64,000 nucleotides of DNA from an uncultured delta proteobacterium (GTDB lineage: Bacteria > Myxococcota > Myxococcia > Myxococcales > Anaeromyxobacteraceae), in NCBI GenBank assembly GCA_963786945.1, contig CAWBAO010000001.1:65976-129975 (forward strand), in the 5' to 3' direction. Positions within the stretch are counted from its first letter, which is position 1, and each line of letters begins with the position of its first letter. This document shows positions 27,993-37,053 of the stretch, piece by piece. The translations under genes and the position numbers were made by a program. Below the pieces are notes generated by a model. That model was not told where the DNA came from. It ran no database searches and saw nothing but the letters and a program-made list of their open reading frames with translations.

Positions 27993-30440
27993 GTGCCGGC
28001 CCCCGACGCCGCCGCCGGCCTCGCCGCCGCGTCCCTGCCGGACACCCTGGCCGCGCTCCGCGTCGACCCGGCCGCCGGGCTGTCGCGCGCCGAGGTGGAG
28101 GCCCGCCGCCGGCAGCACGGCTACAACGAGGTCGCCGAGCGGCGGGGCCACCCGGTGCTGGCCTTCCTCGGCAAGTTCTGGGGCCTGTCGGCGTGGATGC
28201 TCGAGCTCATCATCCTGCTCTCCGCCTTCCTGAAGAAGTACTCGGACCTGGTCGTGGTGAGCGCGCTGCTGGTGATCAACGCGGTGCTGAGCTTCACCCA
28301 GGAGCGGCGGGCCGCCGGCGTGGTGGCCACGCTGCAGCGCCGGCTGCAGGTCGGGGCGCGGGTGCTGCGGGAGGGGGCCTGGGAGGTCGTGCCGGCCCGG
28401 GAGCTGGTCCCCGGCGACGTCATCCGGGTGCGCTCCGGCGACTTCATCCCCGCCGACGTCAAGCTCCTCTCCGGCACGGTCAGCGTCGACCAGTCGGCCC
28501 TCACCGGCGAGTCGCAGGACGTCGAGGTGGCGCCCGGCGGGATCCTCTCCTCGGGCGGGGTGGTCCGCCGCGGCGAGGGCAATGGGGTGGTGCTCCTCAC
28601 CGGCGCCAGCACCTCCTTCGGCCACACCACCGAGCTGGTCCGGGAGGCCCGCCCCCGGCTGCACATCGAGGCGGTCATCGCCAGGGTGGTCCGCTGGCTC
28701 TTCGTGATCGTCGGCGTGCTCCTGGCCGTGGTGGTGGCGCTCTCCCTCGCCCGCGGCGCCCCGCTGCTGGAGATGATCCCCCTCGTGCTCGTCCTCCTCA
28801 TGAGCGCCGTGCCGGTGGCCCTCCCGGTCATGTTCACCGTCAGCATGGCGGTCGGCTCCCGCGAGCTGGCCCGCCACGGGGTGCTGGTGACCCGGCTGAG
28901 CGCCGCCGAGGACGCCGCCACCATGGACGTGCTCTGCGTCGACAAGACCGGCACCGTCACCATGAACCAGCTGGCGGTGACCGGGGTGACCCCGCTGGAC
29001 CAGGCCACCGACCTCGACGTGCTCCGCGCCGGCGCCAGCGCCTCCCAGGAGGCCAACCAGGACCCCATCGACCGGGCCTTCCTGGCCGCCGCCCGGGAGC
29101 GGCGGGCCTTCGAGGGCGTCCCGCCCGTCACCCCCATCTCCTTCAAGCCCTTCGACCCGCTGACCCGGCGCACCGAGGCGGTGGTCGAGCAGGGCGGCCA
29201 GCGCCAGCGGGTGGTGAAGGGCGCGGTGCGCCCCGTGGCCGAGGCCTGCGGGCTCGCGCCCCGGGACGTCGAGGCGCTCGAGGCCCGCGCCGTCGAGTCC
29301 GCCGCCCACGGGTACCGGACGCTGGCGGTGGCCGCCGGGCCCGAGGCCGGCGCCGCCCGGCTGCTGGGGCTGGTGGCGCTCTACAATCCGCCGCGCCCCG
29401 AGGCCGGCGCCCTCATCGCGGCCCTGCGCGACCGGGGCGTGCCCGTCAAGATGCTCACCGGCGACGCCCTGCCGGTGGCCCGGGAGATCGCCCGGGGCGT
29501 GGGGCTCCCCAACATCCGGCGGGTCGCCGACCTCAAGGCGGCCAGCGCCCAGCCCGGCAACGAGGCCGTCGACCTGCTGGCCGGTGCCGACGGCTTCGCC
29601 GAGGTCTATCCGGAGGACAAGTTCATCGTGGTGAAGCACCTCCAGGCCAGCGGCCACGTCACCGGGATGACCGGCGACGGCGTCAACGACGCCCCGGCCC
29701 TGCGCCAGGCCGAGGTGGGGATCGCCGTCAGCAACGCCACCGACGTGGCCAAGGGGGCCGCCAGCGTGGTCCTGACCGAGCCCGGGCTCACCAACATCCT
29801 GGCCCTGGTCGAGCAGGGGCGCTCCATCTACCAGCGCATCCTCACCTGGATCGTCAACAAGGTGAGCCGCACCATCCTCAAGTCGGCCTTCGTGGCCATC
29901 GCCTACGTGGTCACCGGCCGCTTCGTGGTCTCGGCCTTCGCCATGCTGCTGCTCACCTTCATGACCGACTTCGCCAAGATCGCGCTCTCCACCGACTCGG
30001 TGCGGGCCTCCCGGCGGCCGGAGACCTGGAACATCGGCGGCTTCATCTCGGTGGCGGTGGTCCTGGGCGTGGCCATGGTCGCCGAGGCCCTCCTCCTGCT
30101 GCGCCTGGCCTGGACGCCCTTCGGCCTGGGGGCCGAGCACGGCCCGCTCCACACCTTCAGCTTCCTGCTCCTGCTCTACCTGGCGGTCTTCTCGGTGATC
30201 TCGGCGCGCGAGCGCGGCCACTTCTGGGCGACGCCACCCAGCCGGACGCTCGCCGCCGCGCTGGCGGTGGAGGCGGCGGTCGGCGCGGCGGTCGCGCTGG
30301 TGGGGCTGCCGGGGCTCCCACCGCTGCCCGGGTGGCAGGTGCTGGCGGTCATCGGCTCCACGGCCCTGGTCTCCCTGGTGGTCAACGATGCGCTGAAGGT
30401 GGCGATGATCCGGTGGCGCGTCCCCTCGGCGGCCGCCTAG
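27993..30440 (+). CDS. P-type ATPase, plasma-membrane H+-ATPase (P3A)-like
   Basis: It has DQSALTGES, CVDKTGTVTMNQL and MTGDGVNDAPAL motifs and is 815 aa. The GTG start directly abuts the PPK2 stop. Confidence 0.93.
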   Translation: MPAPDAAAGLAAASLPDTLAALRVDPAAGLSRAEVEARRRQHGYNEVAERRGHPVLAFLGKFWGLSAWMLELIILLSAFLKKYSDLVVVSALLVINAVLSFTQERRAAGVVATLQRRLQVGARVLREGAWEVVPARELVPGDVIRVRSGDFIPADVKLLSGTVSVDQSALTGESQDVEVAPGGILSSGGVVRRGEGNGVVLLTGASTSFGHTTELVREARPRLHIEAVIARVVRWLFVIVGVLLAVVVALSLARGAPLLEMIPLVLVLLMSAVPVALPVMFTVSMAVGSRELARHGVLVTRLSAAEDAATMDVLCVDKTGTVTMNQLAVTGVTPLDQATDLDVLRAGASASQEANQDPIDRAFLAAARERRAFEGVPPVTPISFKPFDPLTRRTEAVVEQGGQRQRVVKGAVRPVAEACGLAPRDVEALEARAVESAAHGYRTLAVAAGPEAGAARLLGLVALYNPPRPEAGALIAALRDRGVPVKMLTGDALPVAREIARGVGLPNIRRVADLKAASAQPGNEAVDLLAGADGFAEVYPEDKFIVVKHLQASGHVTGMTGDGVNDAPALRQAEVGIAVSNATDVAKGAASVVLTEPGLTNILALVEQGRSIYQRILTWIVNKVSRTILKSAFVAIAYVVTGRFVVSAFAMLLLTFMTDFAKIALSTDSVRASRRPETWNIGGFISVAVVLGVAMVAEALLLLRLAWTPFGLGAEHGPLHTFSFLLLLYLAVFSVISARERGHFWATPPSRTLAAALAVEAAVGAAVALVGLPGLPPLPGWQVLAVIGSTALVSLVVNDALKVAMIRWRVPSAAA

Positions 30441-30512
30441 GAGGCCGCCGCGGCGCCACCGGTCGCCGAACCTCCCCGGCGGCGCCTGGCTCCAACCGGG
30501 CGGAGACCCCAG

Positions 30513-30779
30513 ATGCCACTCGAGCCCGCCCCGAACCCGTCCCCCCCGCCCGCCCCGACCACGCCCACCCCCTCGGGGCTCGCCGCCTGGCTGCGGCGCG
30601 GCGGCTGGCGCCCGCTGGCCCTCGGCGCCCTGGGCGCCGCGGCGGCCGGGATCTACGCCCAGCTCGTCGGGTGCCGCACCGGGGGCTGCGCCCTGCTCTC
30701 CGACGTCCGCAGCGCGGTGGTGGCCGGGGCGCTGGTGGGGCTGGCCCTGGGCTGGCCGTCGCCGCCGAAGCAGGGCTGA
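30513..30779 (+). CDS. small 2-TM membrane protein with GCxTGGC motif and Pro-rich N-terminus
   Basis: It has an ATG start, two hydrophobic helices flanking VGCRTGGCAL, and good GC3. I could not recognise a family with confidence. Confidence 0.45.
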   Translation: MPLEPAPNPSPPPAPTTPTPSGLAAWLRRGGWRPLALGALGAAAAGIYAQLVGCRTGGCALLSDVRSAVVAGALVGLALGWPSPPKQG

Positions 30780-30788
30780 TCCGGGCCG

Positions 30789-31394
30789 TCAGGGCACCTG
30801 CCCCAGCCCCTCGCGCGCCGAGACCTGGTCCGGGGCGTAGAGCAGCACCGCCTCGAAGGCCTCGCGCGCCTCCTTGTTGCGCCCCTGCTTGAGCAGCGAC
30901 CACCCCAGCCCGGTGCGCATCTCGGCGCTGGCCGGCCAGCCCGCCAGGGCCCGCCGGTAGAGCGCCTCGGCCCGGGCCCACTGGGCCTGGCTGTACTGGA
31001 TCCAGGCCAGCCGCGACACGGCGGTGAAGTCGCCGGGCGCCAGCGCCAGGGCCTCCTCGCCCATCCGCTCGGCGTCCTTCCAGCGGCGCAGCGCCATGAG
31101 CGGGAGCATGGCCCCGAGCCGGGCCTCCACCGCAGACGGCTCCAGCGCCACCGCCCGCTGGTAGGCCTCGGCCGACGGGGCGTGCTGGCCGGCCAGGTGG
31201 AGGAGCCACCCCTTGCGGAGCTGGGCCACGTAGGTCCCGCCCGCCGGCCCCAGCCGCTCCAGGAGCTGGACGGCGCCGCCGTAGTCGCCGCGGGCCTCGG
31301 CCAGGTAGGACTGCCGGTAGATGTCGGGGACGCCGTCGGCCGCACCGGCGGCCGGGGCGAGGAGCAGCAGGGCGAGCGGCAGGGCGATGCGCAT
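30789..31394 (-). CDS. secreted TPR-repeat protein
   Basis: This is the tail of ORF 30789..31838. It has a signal peptide (MRIALPLALLLLAPAAGA) and repeated TPR-like A..Y..AL...P helices. GAGGTG lies 7 nt upstream of the ATG at 31394. Confidence 0.75.
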   Translation of the reverse strand: MRIALPLALLLLAPAAGAADGVPDIYRQSYLAEARGDYGGAVQLLERLGPAGGTYVAQLRKGWLLHLAGQHAPSAEAYQRAVALEPSAVEARLGAMLPLMALRRWKDAERMGEEALALAPGDFTAVSRLAWIQYSQAQWARAEALYRRALAGWPASAEMRTGLGWSLLKQGRNKEAREAFEAVLLYAPDQVSAREGLGQVP

Positions 31395-31414
31395 GGCGGG
31401 CACCTCGGTGTGGT

Positions 31415-32542
31415 TCAGAAGGAGAAGGAGAGGCCGGCGGAGAGCCGGGTGGCCGTGGTGTCGGCCGGGGGATCCGAGGGGGGCTGGGGCCGCCAGTCCT
31501 CCAGGTCGGCGCCCAGCCAGGCGCGGGCGTGGTGGCCCAGCGGGAGGGAGGCCTGGAGCCGCACCGCCCACCGGAGCTCGTCGGGGACGTCGTAGAGCAC
31601 CCGCGCCTCGAGGTCGGCCGGCCGGAGCTGCGGGCCGTACTCGCCCGAGAGCGCGAGGCTCCACGGGCCGCGCCACTCGACGCCGGCCAGCGCGGCCGTG
31701 GTGGTGGCGCCATCGGCCAGCTGGGTGCGGACCCCGGCGCGGAGCGCCAGGTGCTCGCCGAGCGGCAGCGCCGCCGTCCCCTCCAGCTGGTAGACCGTCA
31801 GGTCCTCGTACCAGCTGGTCGCCGCCACGGCCCGCCATTCCAGCCCGTACCGGACCATGGCCGAGAGGCCGGCGACGACGCCTCCGTAGCCGGAGATCTG
31901 CTCGACGCCCGCCGTGGTGGTCGCCGCCCGGGAGATGGCCGCGCCCCGCAGCGCCACCTGCCAGCCCGGCGAGGCCAGGCCGAGCGAGAGGTGGAGCTCG
32001 TGCTGGAGCGTCGCCCCGGCGGTGGTGCCGCCGCCCTGCATGCGCCCGCGCCCTCCGCCGCTGGTGAGGCTGGAGGGCGTGCCGAGCATCCGGTACAGCC
32101 CGCCCACGGTCCAGCGATCGGCGAGCTGGGCATCGACGGTGAGCACGCCGGCGTAGAGATCGCTCCCGGCCGACGGGCCGGAGTAGCTGGTGCCGGCGCC
32201 GTAGATCCCGATCCAGACCTGGTCGGGCGCGCCCCGGCCCAGCTGCGCGTCCTCGAGGCCACGCCGCGCCTCGTCCGAGCCGGGCTCGAGATCCAGGACA
32301 CGGCGGTACTGGGCCTCGGCCGCGGCGTACTCGCCGGCGCGGAGCAGGTAGTAGGCCCGGGCCAGCTGCAGCGGGAGGTCCTGCGGCCAGGTGGCGGCCG
32401 GCCCCTCCAGCGACCTCGCCGCCTCCAGGTAATGGCCGCCGGCGGCCTGCTGGCGGGCGCCCGCGAGGGCGTCCTCGTAGGCGTCGGCCCGGACCGCGGC
32501 CGGGGCGAGGAGCAGCAGCAGCAGCGCCACGGCCCTACCCAT
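31415..32542 (-). CDS. outer-membrane protein: N-terminal TPR region plus C-terminal beta-barrel-like domain
   Basis: It has a signal peptide (MGRAVALLLLLLAPAAVRA) followed by TPR-like helices. After that come alternating amphipathic strands ending in LSFSF, the terminal-Phe OMP signature. The ATG at 32542 follows GAGGAGG and overlaps the upstream gene by 8 nt. Confidence 0.7.
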   Translation of the reverse strand: MGRAVALLLLLLAPAAVRADAYEDALAGARQQAAGGHYLEAARSLEGPAATWPQDLPLQLARAYYLLRAGEYAAAEAQYRRVLDLEPGSDEARRGLEDAQLGRGAPDQVWIGIYGAGTSYSGPSAGSDLYAGVLTVDAQLADRWTVGGLYRMLGTPSSLTSGGGRGRMQGGGTTAGATLQHELHLSLGLASPGWQVALRGAAISRAATTTAGVEQISGYGGVVAGLSAMVRYGLEWRAVAATSWYEDLTVYQLEGTAALPLGEHLALRAGVRTQLADGATTTAALAGVEWRGPWSLALSGEYGPQLRPADLEARVLYDVPDELRWAVRLQASLPLGHHARAWLGADLEDWRPQPPSDPPADTTATRLSAGLSFSF

Positions 32543-34646
32543 CGGCCGCCTCCTCGACCCGCTCGGCCCGGTGGACCCGGGCGCCGAGGCGGACCTCCAG
32601 CGTCCGCGGGCCACCGGCGTCGAGGACCGCCAGCGTCTCGATGGGCTGGCGCCCGGCCCGGCCGCGACCGCGGACCTCGAGCAGCGCGCCGCGGCGCACC
32701 GCCTCGAGCGCCAGCGGGATGCCGCCCTCCGGGAGGAACGGCTCGGCCAGATCGGTCAGCCAGCGCACCCAGGCCGGCCGCAGGCGGCGGCGCGGCAGGA
32801 CGTCGTCCCAGGCCAGGCCGGGGGTCACCTCGTAGGGGACGCGCGGGGCGGCCGCGGCCAGCAGGTGGAGCACGCTCTCCCGCCGGCCGGTGTGGTCGAA
32901 GACCACGAACTGCCGCCCCTGGTTCTCGTACCAGAGCACCGCCCCCAGCGACGGCGACTCCAGCGTCAGCTCGCCCATCAGGCCGATGTGCGAGCCCACC
33001 GTCTCGCGGTGGACCCGGCCCGAGGGGCTGCGCACCTCGAAGGTGAGCTCCTGCCCGAGCGGGAAGGCGAAGGGGGCGGCGGCCTCGTCGCGGCGCTCCA
33101 GCGCCCGCACCGCCTGGCCCTCCCCCGGCACCAGCCAGCGGTGGAGCACCTGGCCCTCCTCGTCGCCGGTCACCACGTCGGAGAGCGTCAGCTCCAGGGT
33201 GGGGGCGCCGATGCGGGCGGTGGCCTGCAGCTGGAAGTGGAGGTGCGGCACGAAGGACCGGCCGCTGTTCCCGCAGCGGGCCAGCCGGGCCCCCTGCCGC
33301 ACCAGCTGCCCCTCGCGCACCTCGACCGAGCCGGGGGCCAGGTGGGCCACCAGCGAGAAGAGCCCCGGGCCGTGCTGCAGCAGGACCAGGTTGCCGTAGG
33401 GCTCGCGCGCGTTGCGCTCGCCGACCGCGTTGTCGGGGACGTCGGCCACCACCTTCACCACCGTGCCGTCGGCGGCGGCCAGCACCGGGAGGCGGTAGCA
33501 GCGGTAGTCGCGGACCTCCGCGCCGGCGCCGGTGTGGGTGCTGCCCCCGGCGCCGGCCACCTCGAAGTCGAGGGCGTAGCGCCAGGGGCCCTGGTGGGTG
33601 TGCTTCCCGTCCACGCCCTGCGTCACCGTCCAGCGCCCGGCGAAGGGCGGCGCGAAGCGCACCCCGAAGCCGGGGCCGAAGCGGGCCAGGCGGGTCCGGT
33701 AGTAGGCCAGGTTGGCCTCCGGGGTGCCGGCCACGAAGTCCACGGCCTTGGGGGCGCCGTCGCGGGTCCGCTGGCGCATGGCGGCCAGGGCCACCAGCAT
33801 GGTCACGTTGAAGGGGAGGATCAGGACCGGCAGGCCCAGCGGCCGGAGCAGCGCCAGGGCCCCGGCGGTGCCGAGCGAGGTGAGGAGCGCCGCCGCGCCG
33901 GCCAGCAGGAAGGCGGCCCGCTGCGGCACGAACCAGACCCCCCCGAGGGCCAGCGCCGCCAGCATGGCGTTGGCGTTCAGCACCAGCAGCGCCGGGTCGC
34001 TGGCGAAGGTGAAGACCCAGGTCGAGAGGGCGTGCGCCACGGCGAAGCCGAGCGCGGTGAGGAGGGTGGCGATGCGGCTGTGCAGGACCAGCGCCGCCAG
34101 CACCACGGCGCCGGCCAGGACGGTGGGCGAGAAGAAGATCACCCCCAGGCTGCGCAGGAAGAGGTCGGCGACCTCGGGCAGCCAGGCCGGGCCGTGGGCG
34201 GGGATGAGCTCGGGCGCGGCCCGGGCCACGATGCCCACGTAGGGGGCGGCCGCCAGCGAGAGCCAGGTGACCAGCACGAACGGGAGGGAGAGGAGCGGCA
34301 GGTAGAAGACCGCCCCCAGGGCCGACTCCAGCGCCGCCTCCAGGAACACCACCGCCACCACCGAGAGCAGCAGCAGGGCGGCGGTCCCCGGCCCGGGCTC
34401 GAAGAAGGTCCCCACCGCCAGGCCGACCAGCAGCGGGTTGTAGCCGTAGCGGCCGTGCGACGCGGCCGTCTCGGAGAAGCGGAGCAGCCGCACCAGCCCG
34501 TGGCCGGCCAGCACCGCCACCAGCCCGTGCAGGCCGGCGCGTGGCGACAGCGCCGAGGCGAGGAGCAGCAGCGCCCCCACGCCGCGGTGATCGGCGAAGA
34601 GGACCTGCGCGTAGGCGGAGAGGGTCGCGGAGGTCAGCCCAGCCAC
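32535..34646 (-). CDS. urea-transporter-family (UT) membrane domain fused to an M23 (LytM) peptidase domain plus a ~230-aa uncharacterised C-terminal domain
   Basis: This is the tail of ORF 32535..35987. The first ~300 aa are polytopic and UT-like (SAYAQVLF...GYNPLLVGLA). The M23 core follows (GNLVLLQHG...S..AHL...G..V..G..L..CGNSGRS..PHLHFQL). The GTG at 34646 follows GAGGAGG and overlaps the decarboxylase gene by 13 nt. Confidence 0.85.
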   Translation of the reverse strand: MAGLTSATLSAYAQVLFADHRGVGALLLLASALSPRAGLHGLVAVLAGHGLVRLLRFSETAASHGRYGYNPLLVGLAVGTFFEPGPGTAALLLLSVVAVVFLEAALESALGAVFYLPLLSLPFVLVTWLSLAAAPYVGIVARAAPELIPAHGPAWLPEVADLFLRSLGVIFFSPTVLAGAVVLAALVLHSRIATLLTALGFAVAHALSTWVFTFASDPALLVLNANAMLAALALGGVWFVPQRAAFLLAGAAALLTSLGTAGALALLRPLGLPVLILPFNVTMLVALAAMRQRTRDGAPKAVDFVAGTPEANLAYYRTRLARFGPGFGVRFAPPFAGRWTVTQGVDGKHTHQGPWRYALDFEVAGAGGSTHTGAGAEVRDYRCYRLPVLAAADGTVVKVVADVPDNAVGERNAREPYGNLVLLQHGPGLFSLVAHLAPGSVEVREGQLVRQGARLARCGNSGRSFVPHLHFQLQATARIGAPTLELTLSDVVTGDEEGQVLHRWLVPGEGQAVRALERRDEAAAPFAFPLGQELTFEVRSPSGRVHRETVGSHIGLMGELTLESPSLGAVLWYENQGRQFVVFDHTGRRESVLHLLAAAAPRVPYEVTPGLAWDDVLPRRRLRPAWVRWLTDLAEPFLPEGGIPLALEAVRRGALLEVRGRGRAGRQPIETLAVLDAGGPRTLEVRLGARVHRAERVEEAADG

Positions 34647-35980
34647 CCCGGCACCTCCTCCTGCGCCAGCAGCGTCTCCACCGACTCGCGCCGGCGGATC
34701 AGCCCGGGCTCGCCGCGCCGCGAGATCATCACCACGGCCGGGCGCTCGGTGATGAACTGCATCCACTGGGTCACGTTGTAGGCCCCGACGTTGCGGACCA
34801 CGATGCGGTCCCCGGGCGTGAGCGGCGGGAAGAGCAGCTGGTCGCGCACCACGTCGATGGCCATGCAGAGCGGCCCGTAGAGCACGGTCGGCTCCGGCGT
34901 CCCGGCGAACTCCTGCGCCGGCACCACGTCGTGCCGGTACCAGAAGGCCGTGAACAGGGAGTTGACCCCGGCGTCGAGGACCACCGCCCGGCGGCCATCC
35001 GCCAGCCGCTTGTTGGCGTGGACCGTGGTGATCAGGGAGCCGGCCTCGTCCACCAGGGCGCGCCCGGTCTCCAGGAAGATGACCGGCTCCTTCCCGCCGG
35101 GGAGCGCCAGCGCCGCCAGCCCCTCGGCGATGGCCTCGGCGTACTGGGCGAAGGAGGGCGTCACCTCCTCGCCGGGCAGGTACTGCGCGTGCAGCGTGTT
35201 GCGGGAGGCGAAGCCGCCGCCCAGGTCGATCCACTCGACCAGCACCCCGTGGTCCCGGGCCAGCCCGTTGGCCAGCTCGGCCAGCTTGCGCGCCTCCTGG
35301 CGGTAGGCGTCCACGTCCTGCACGAAGGTGCCGATGTGGGCGTGCAGGCCGGCCAGCTGGAGCACGCCGCCGGCCAGGATCCGGCGGACGGCGTCGAGCG
35401 CCTGCCCCGACTCGAGGTTGAAGCCGAAGCGCGACCAGGGCGGCGTGCCGGGGAGGGCCATGTTGACCCGGATGGCCACCTTGGGCCGGAGCTCCAGCCG
35501 GCGGGCCACGACCTCGGCGCGGGCCAGCTCGTCGAAGTGGTCGAGGTGGACCCGGGCGCCGGCGCGGAAGGCCTTCTCCAGGGCCGCCTCCGGCTTGTAG
35601 GGCCCGTTGAAGATGACCTCGGTGCCCGGCACGTGGCGCAGCGCCTTGTCGAGCTCCATCTCGCTCACCACCTCGGCCAGCGAGCCCTCGCGGTGCATCA
35701 CCTTGCAGATGGCGTCGAGGTAGTTGGTCTTGTAGGACCACGCCAGCCTGGCGGTCGGCAGCCGCGCCACCAGGGCCTCGCGCAGCTCGCGGTGGCGGGA
35801 CACCAGCGTCTTCTCGCTGAAGACGAAGAGCGGGGAGCCGTACCGCTCCACCAGGGCGGCCACCGGGACCCCGTCGATCTCGGTGAGGGGGCGCATGCTG
35901 GTGGCCCGGGAGAGCTTGTTCATCAGCCCGGGCTGGTGGCGCACCAGGGTGGGGCGGTCGTAGGCGGGCCTGGCGGTCAT
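34634..35980 (-). CDS. PLP-dependent decarboxylase, Orn/DAP/Arg decarboxylase (group IV) family
   Basis: It has a SYKTN PLP-lysine region, HIGT, a GGGF glycine loop, and a C-terminal beta-barrel with a GPLC motif. The ATG at 35980 overlaps the ATP-grasp stop (ATGA). Confidence 0.9.
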   Translation of the reverse strand: MTARPAYDRPTLVRHQPGLMNKLSRATSMRPLTEIDGVPVAALVERYGSPLFVFSEKTLVSRHRELREALVARLPTARLAWSYKTNYLDAICKVMHREGSLAEVVSEMELDKALRHVPGTEVIFNGPYKPEAALEKAFRAGARVHLDHFDELARAEVVARRLELRPKVAIRVNMALPGTPPWSRFGFNLESGQALDAVRRILAGGVLQLAGLHAHIGTFVQDVDAYRQEARKLAELANGLARDHGVLVEWIDLGGGFASRNTLHAQYLPGEEVTPSFAQYAEAIAEGLAALALPGGKEPVIFLETGRALVDEAGSLITTVHANKRLADGRRAVVLDAGVNSLFTAFWYRHDVVPAQEFAGTPEPTVLYGPLCMAIDVVRDQLLFPPLTPGDRIVVRNVGAYNVTQWMQFITERPAVVMISRRGEPGLIRRRESVETLLAQEEVPGWLG

Positions 35981-37053
35981 GTGTCACCTCGGGTGCGGGC
36001 CAGCTCGCCCTCGGTGCTGAGCGCCTGGAAGTCGTCCATGGAGGCGATCAGGTCGAGCGAGATGCGGACGAAGAGGGTGCCGGCGCGGAACTCGGTCATG
36101 GGGTCGACCGGCTCGCCGAGCGCCAGCCGGGCCACCGCCCAGGGGAGGTTCTGCCCGGCGCCCGAGGCCAGGTGGCACCAGGCCGGGAAGCGCGGGTTGA
36201 CCTCGATGAGCAGGTAGCGGTCCTCGGGGGTCTTCAGGATCTCCAGCTCGCAGGGGCCGCGCCACGAGGTGGCCGCGAAGAAGCGGCGGGCGGCCTCGAG
36301 GAGGTGGGGGTCATTGACCGCCACGCCGGCCCAGCCCTTCCCCTTGTCGGAGAGCAGCAGCTTCCTCATGGGGACCGCGCCGATCATGCCGCCGCGGCCG
36401 TCGCCGACCGCCACCACGTCGTACTCCTGGCCGGCGTGGAAGCGCTGCACGATGACCGGGAGTCCCCACCTCGCCACCACGGCGTGGAAGGCGGCGGCCG
36501 CCTCGTCCGGGCCATGGACCACGGTGGCGCCGTAGAAGACCCCCTTCACCACCAGCGGGTACGGCAGGTCGGAGGGCAGGCGATAGACCTCGGCCACGTC
36601 GGAGAGGACCTGCTGGACCGGCACGTCGAGGCCGGCCTTCCGCCCCAGCTCGGCGAGCCGCACCTTGGAGCGCAGGTCGTACTGCTCCCGCGTCGGGAGG
36701 AACATCCTGATCCCCAGCTCCCGGAGCTCGGGCTCGAGCGCGATGAACGCCGGCAGCTCGGAGTCGAGCGTCGGGATGATCACGTCGATGTGGCGGCGCT
36801 GGTGGATCTCCCGGAGGCGCGCACCGAGGGCCTCCACGCCCTGGCTCGGGTAGGGGATGAGCAGCCCGGCGTCGAGCCCGATCTCGGTCGAGTAGAGCCC
36901 GGAGTCGAGCGCGTCGTAGGCCAGCCCCAGCACCTTCCCCAGGAAGCCCGGCGCGGCGCGCAGCGATCGGATGACCGCGACGCCGGGGGCCGGGTTGTCC
37001 GTGGCGTTGAGCCCGGTGACCGCCACCGTGAACGACCGGAGCGGATCGCTCAC
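35977..37053 (-). CDS. ATP-grasp domain ligase (carboxylate-amine/peptide ligase type)
   Basis: This is the tail of ORF 35977..37401. It has a pre-ATP-grasp domain (AVTGLNATDNPAPGV), a P-loop-like VVKG region, EYDVV, and LIEVNPRFP Mg/ATP-site motifs. The GTG at 37053 overlaps the PqqD-like stop (GTGA). Confidence 0.85.
   Translation of the reverse strand: MSDPLRSFTVAVTGLNATDNPAPGVAVIRSLRAAPGFLGKVLGLAYDALDSGLYSTEIGLDAGLLIPYPSQGVEALGARLREIHQRRHIDVIIPTLDSELPAFIALEPELRELGIRMFLPTREQYDLRSKVRLAELGRKAGLDVPVQQVLSDVAEVYRLPSDLPYPLVVKGVFYGATVVHGPDEAAAAFHAVVARWGLPVIVQRFHAGQEYDVVAVGDGRGGMIGAVPMRKLLLSDKGKGWAGVAVNDPHLLEAARRFFAATSWRGPCELEILKTPEDRYLLIEVNPRFPAWCHLASGAGQNLPWAVARLALGEPVDPMTEFRAGTLFVRISLDLIASMDDFQALSTEGELARTRGDT

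Noticed and set aside
27104-30892. A 1262-aa plus-strand ORF and a 1018-aa minus-strand ORF (27165..30221) spanning the PPK2/P-type ATPase region.
   Set aside because: Both have Arg/Gly/Pro-dominated composition and no domain signatures. The frame containing the PPK2 and P-type ATPase motifs explains the region fully.
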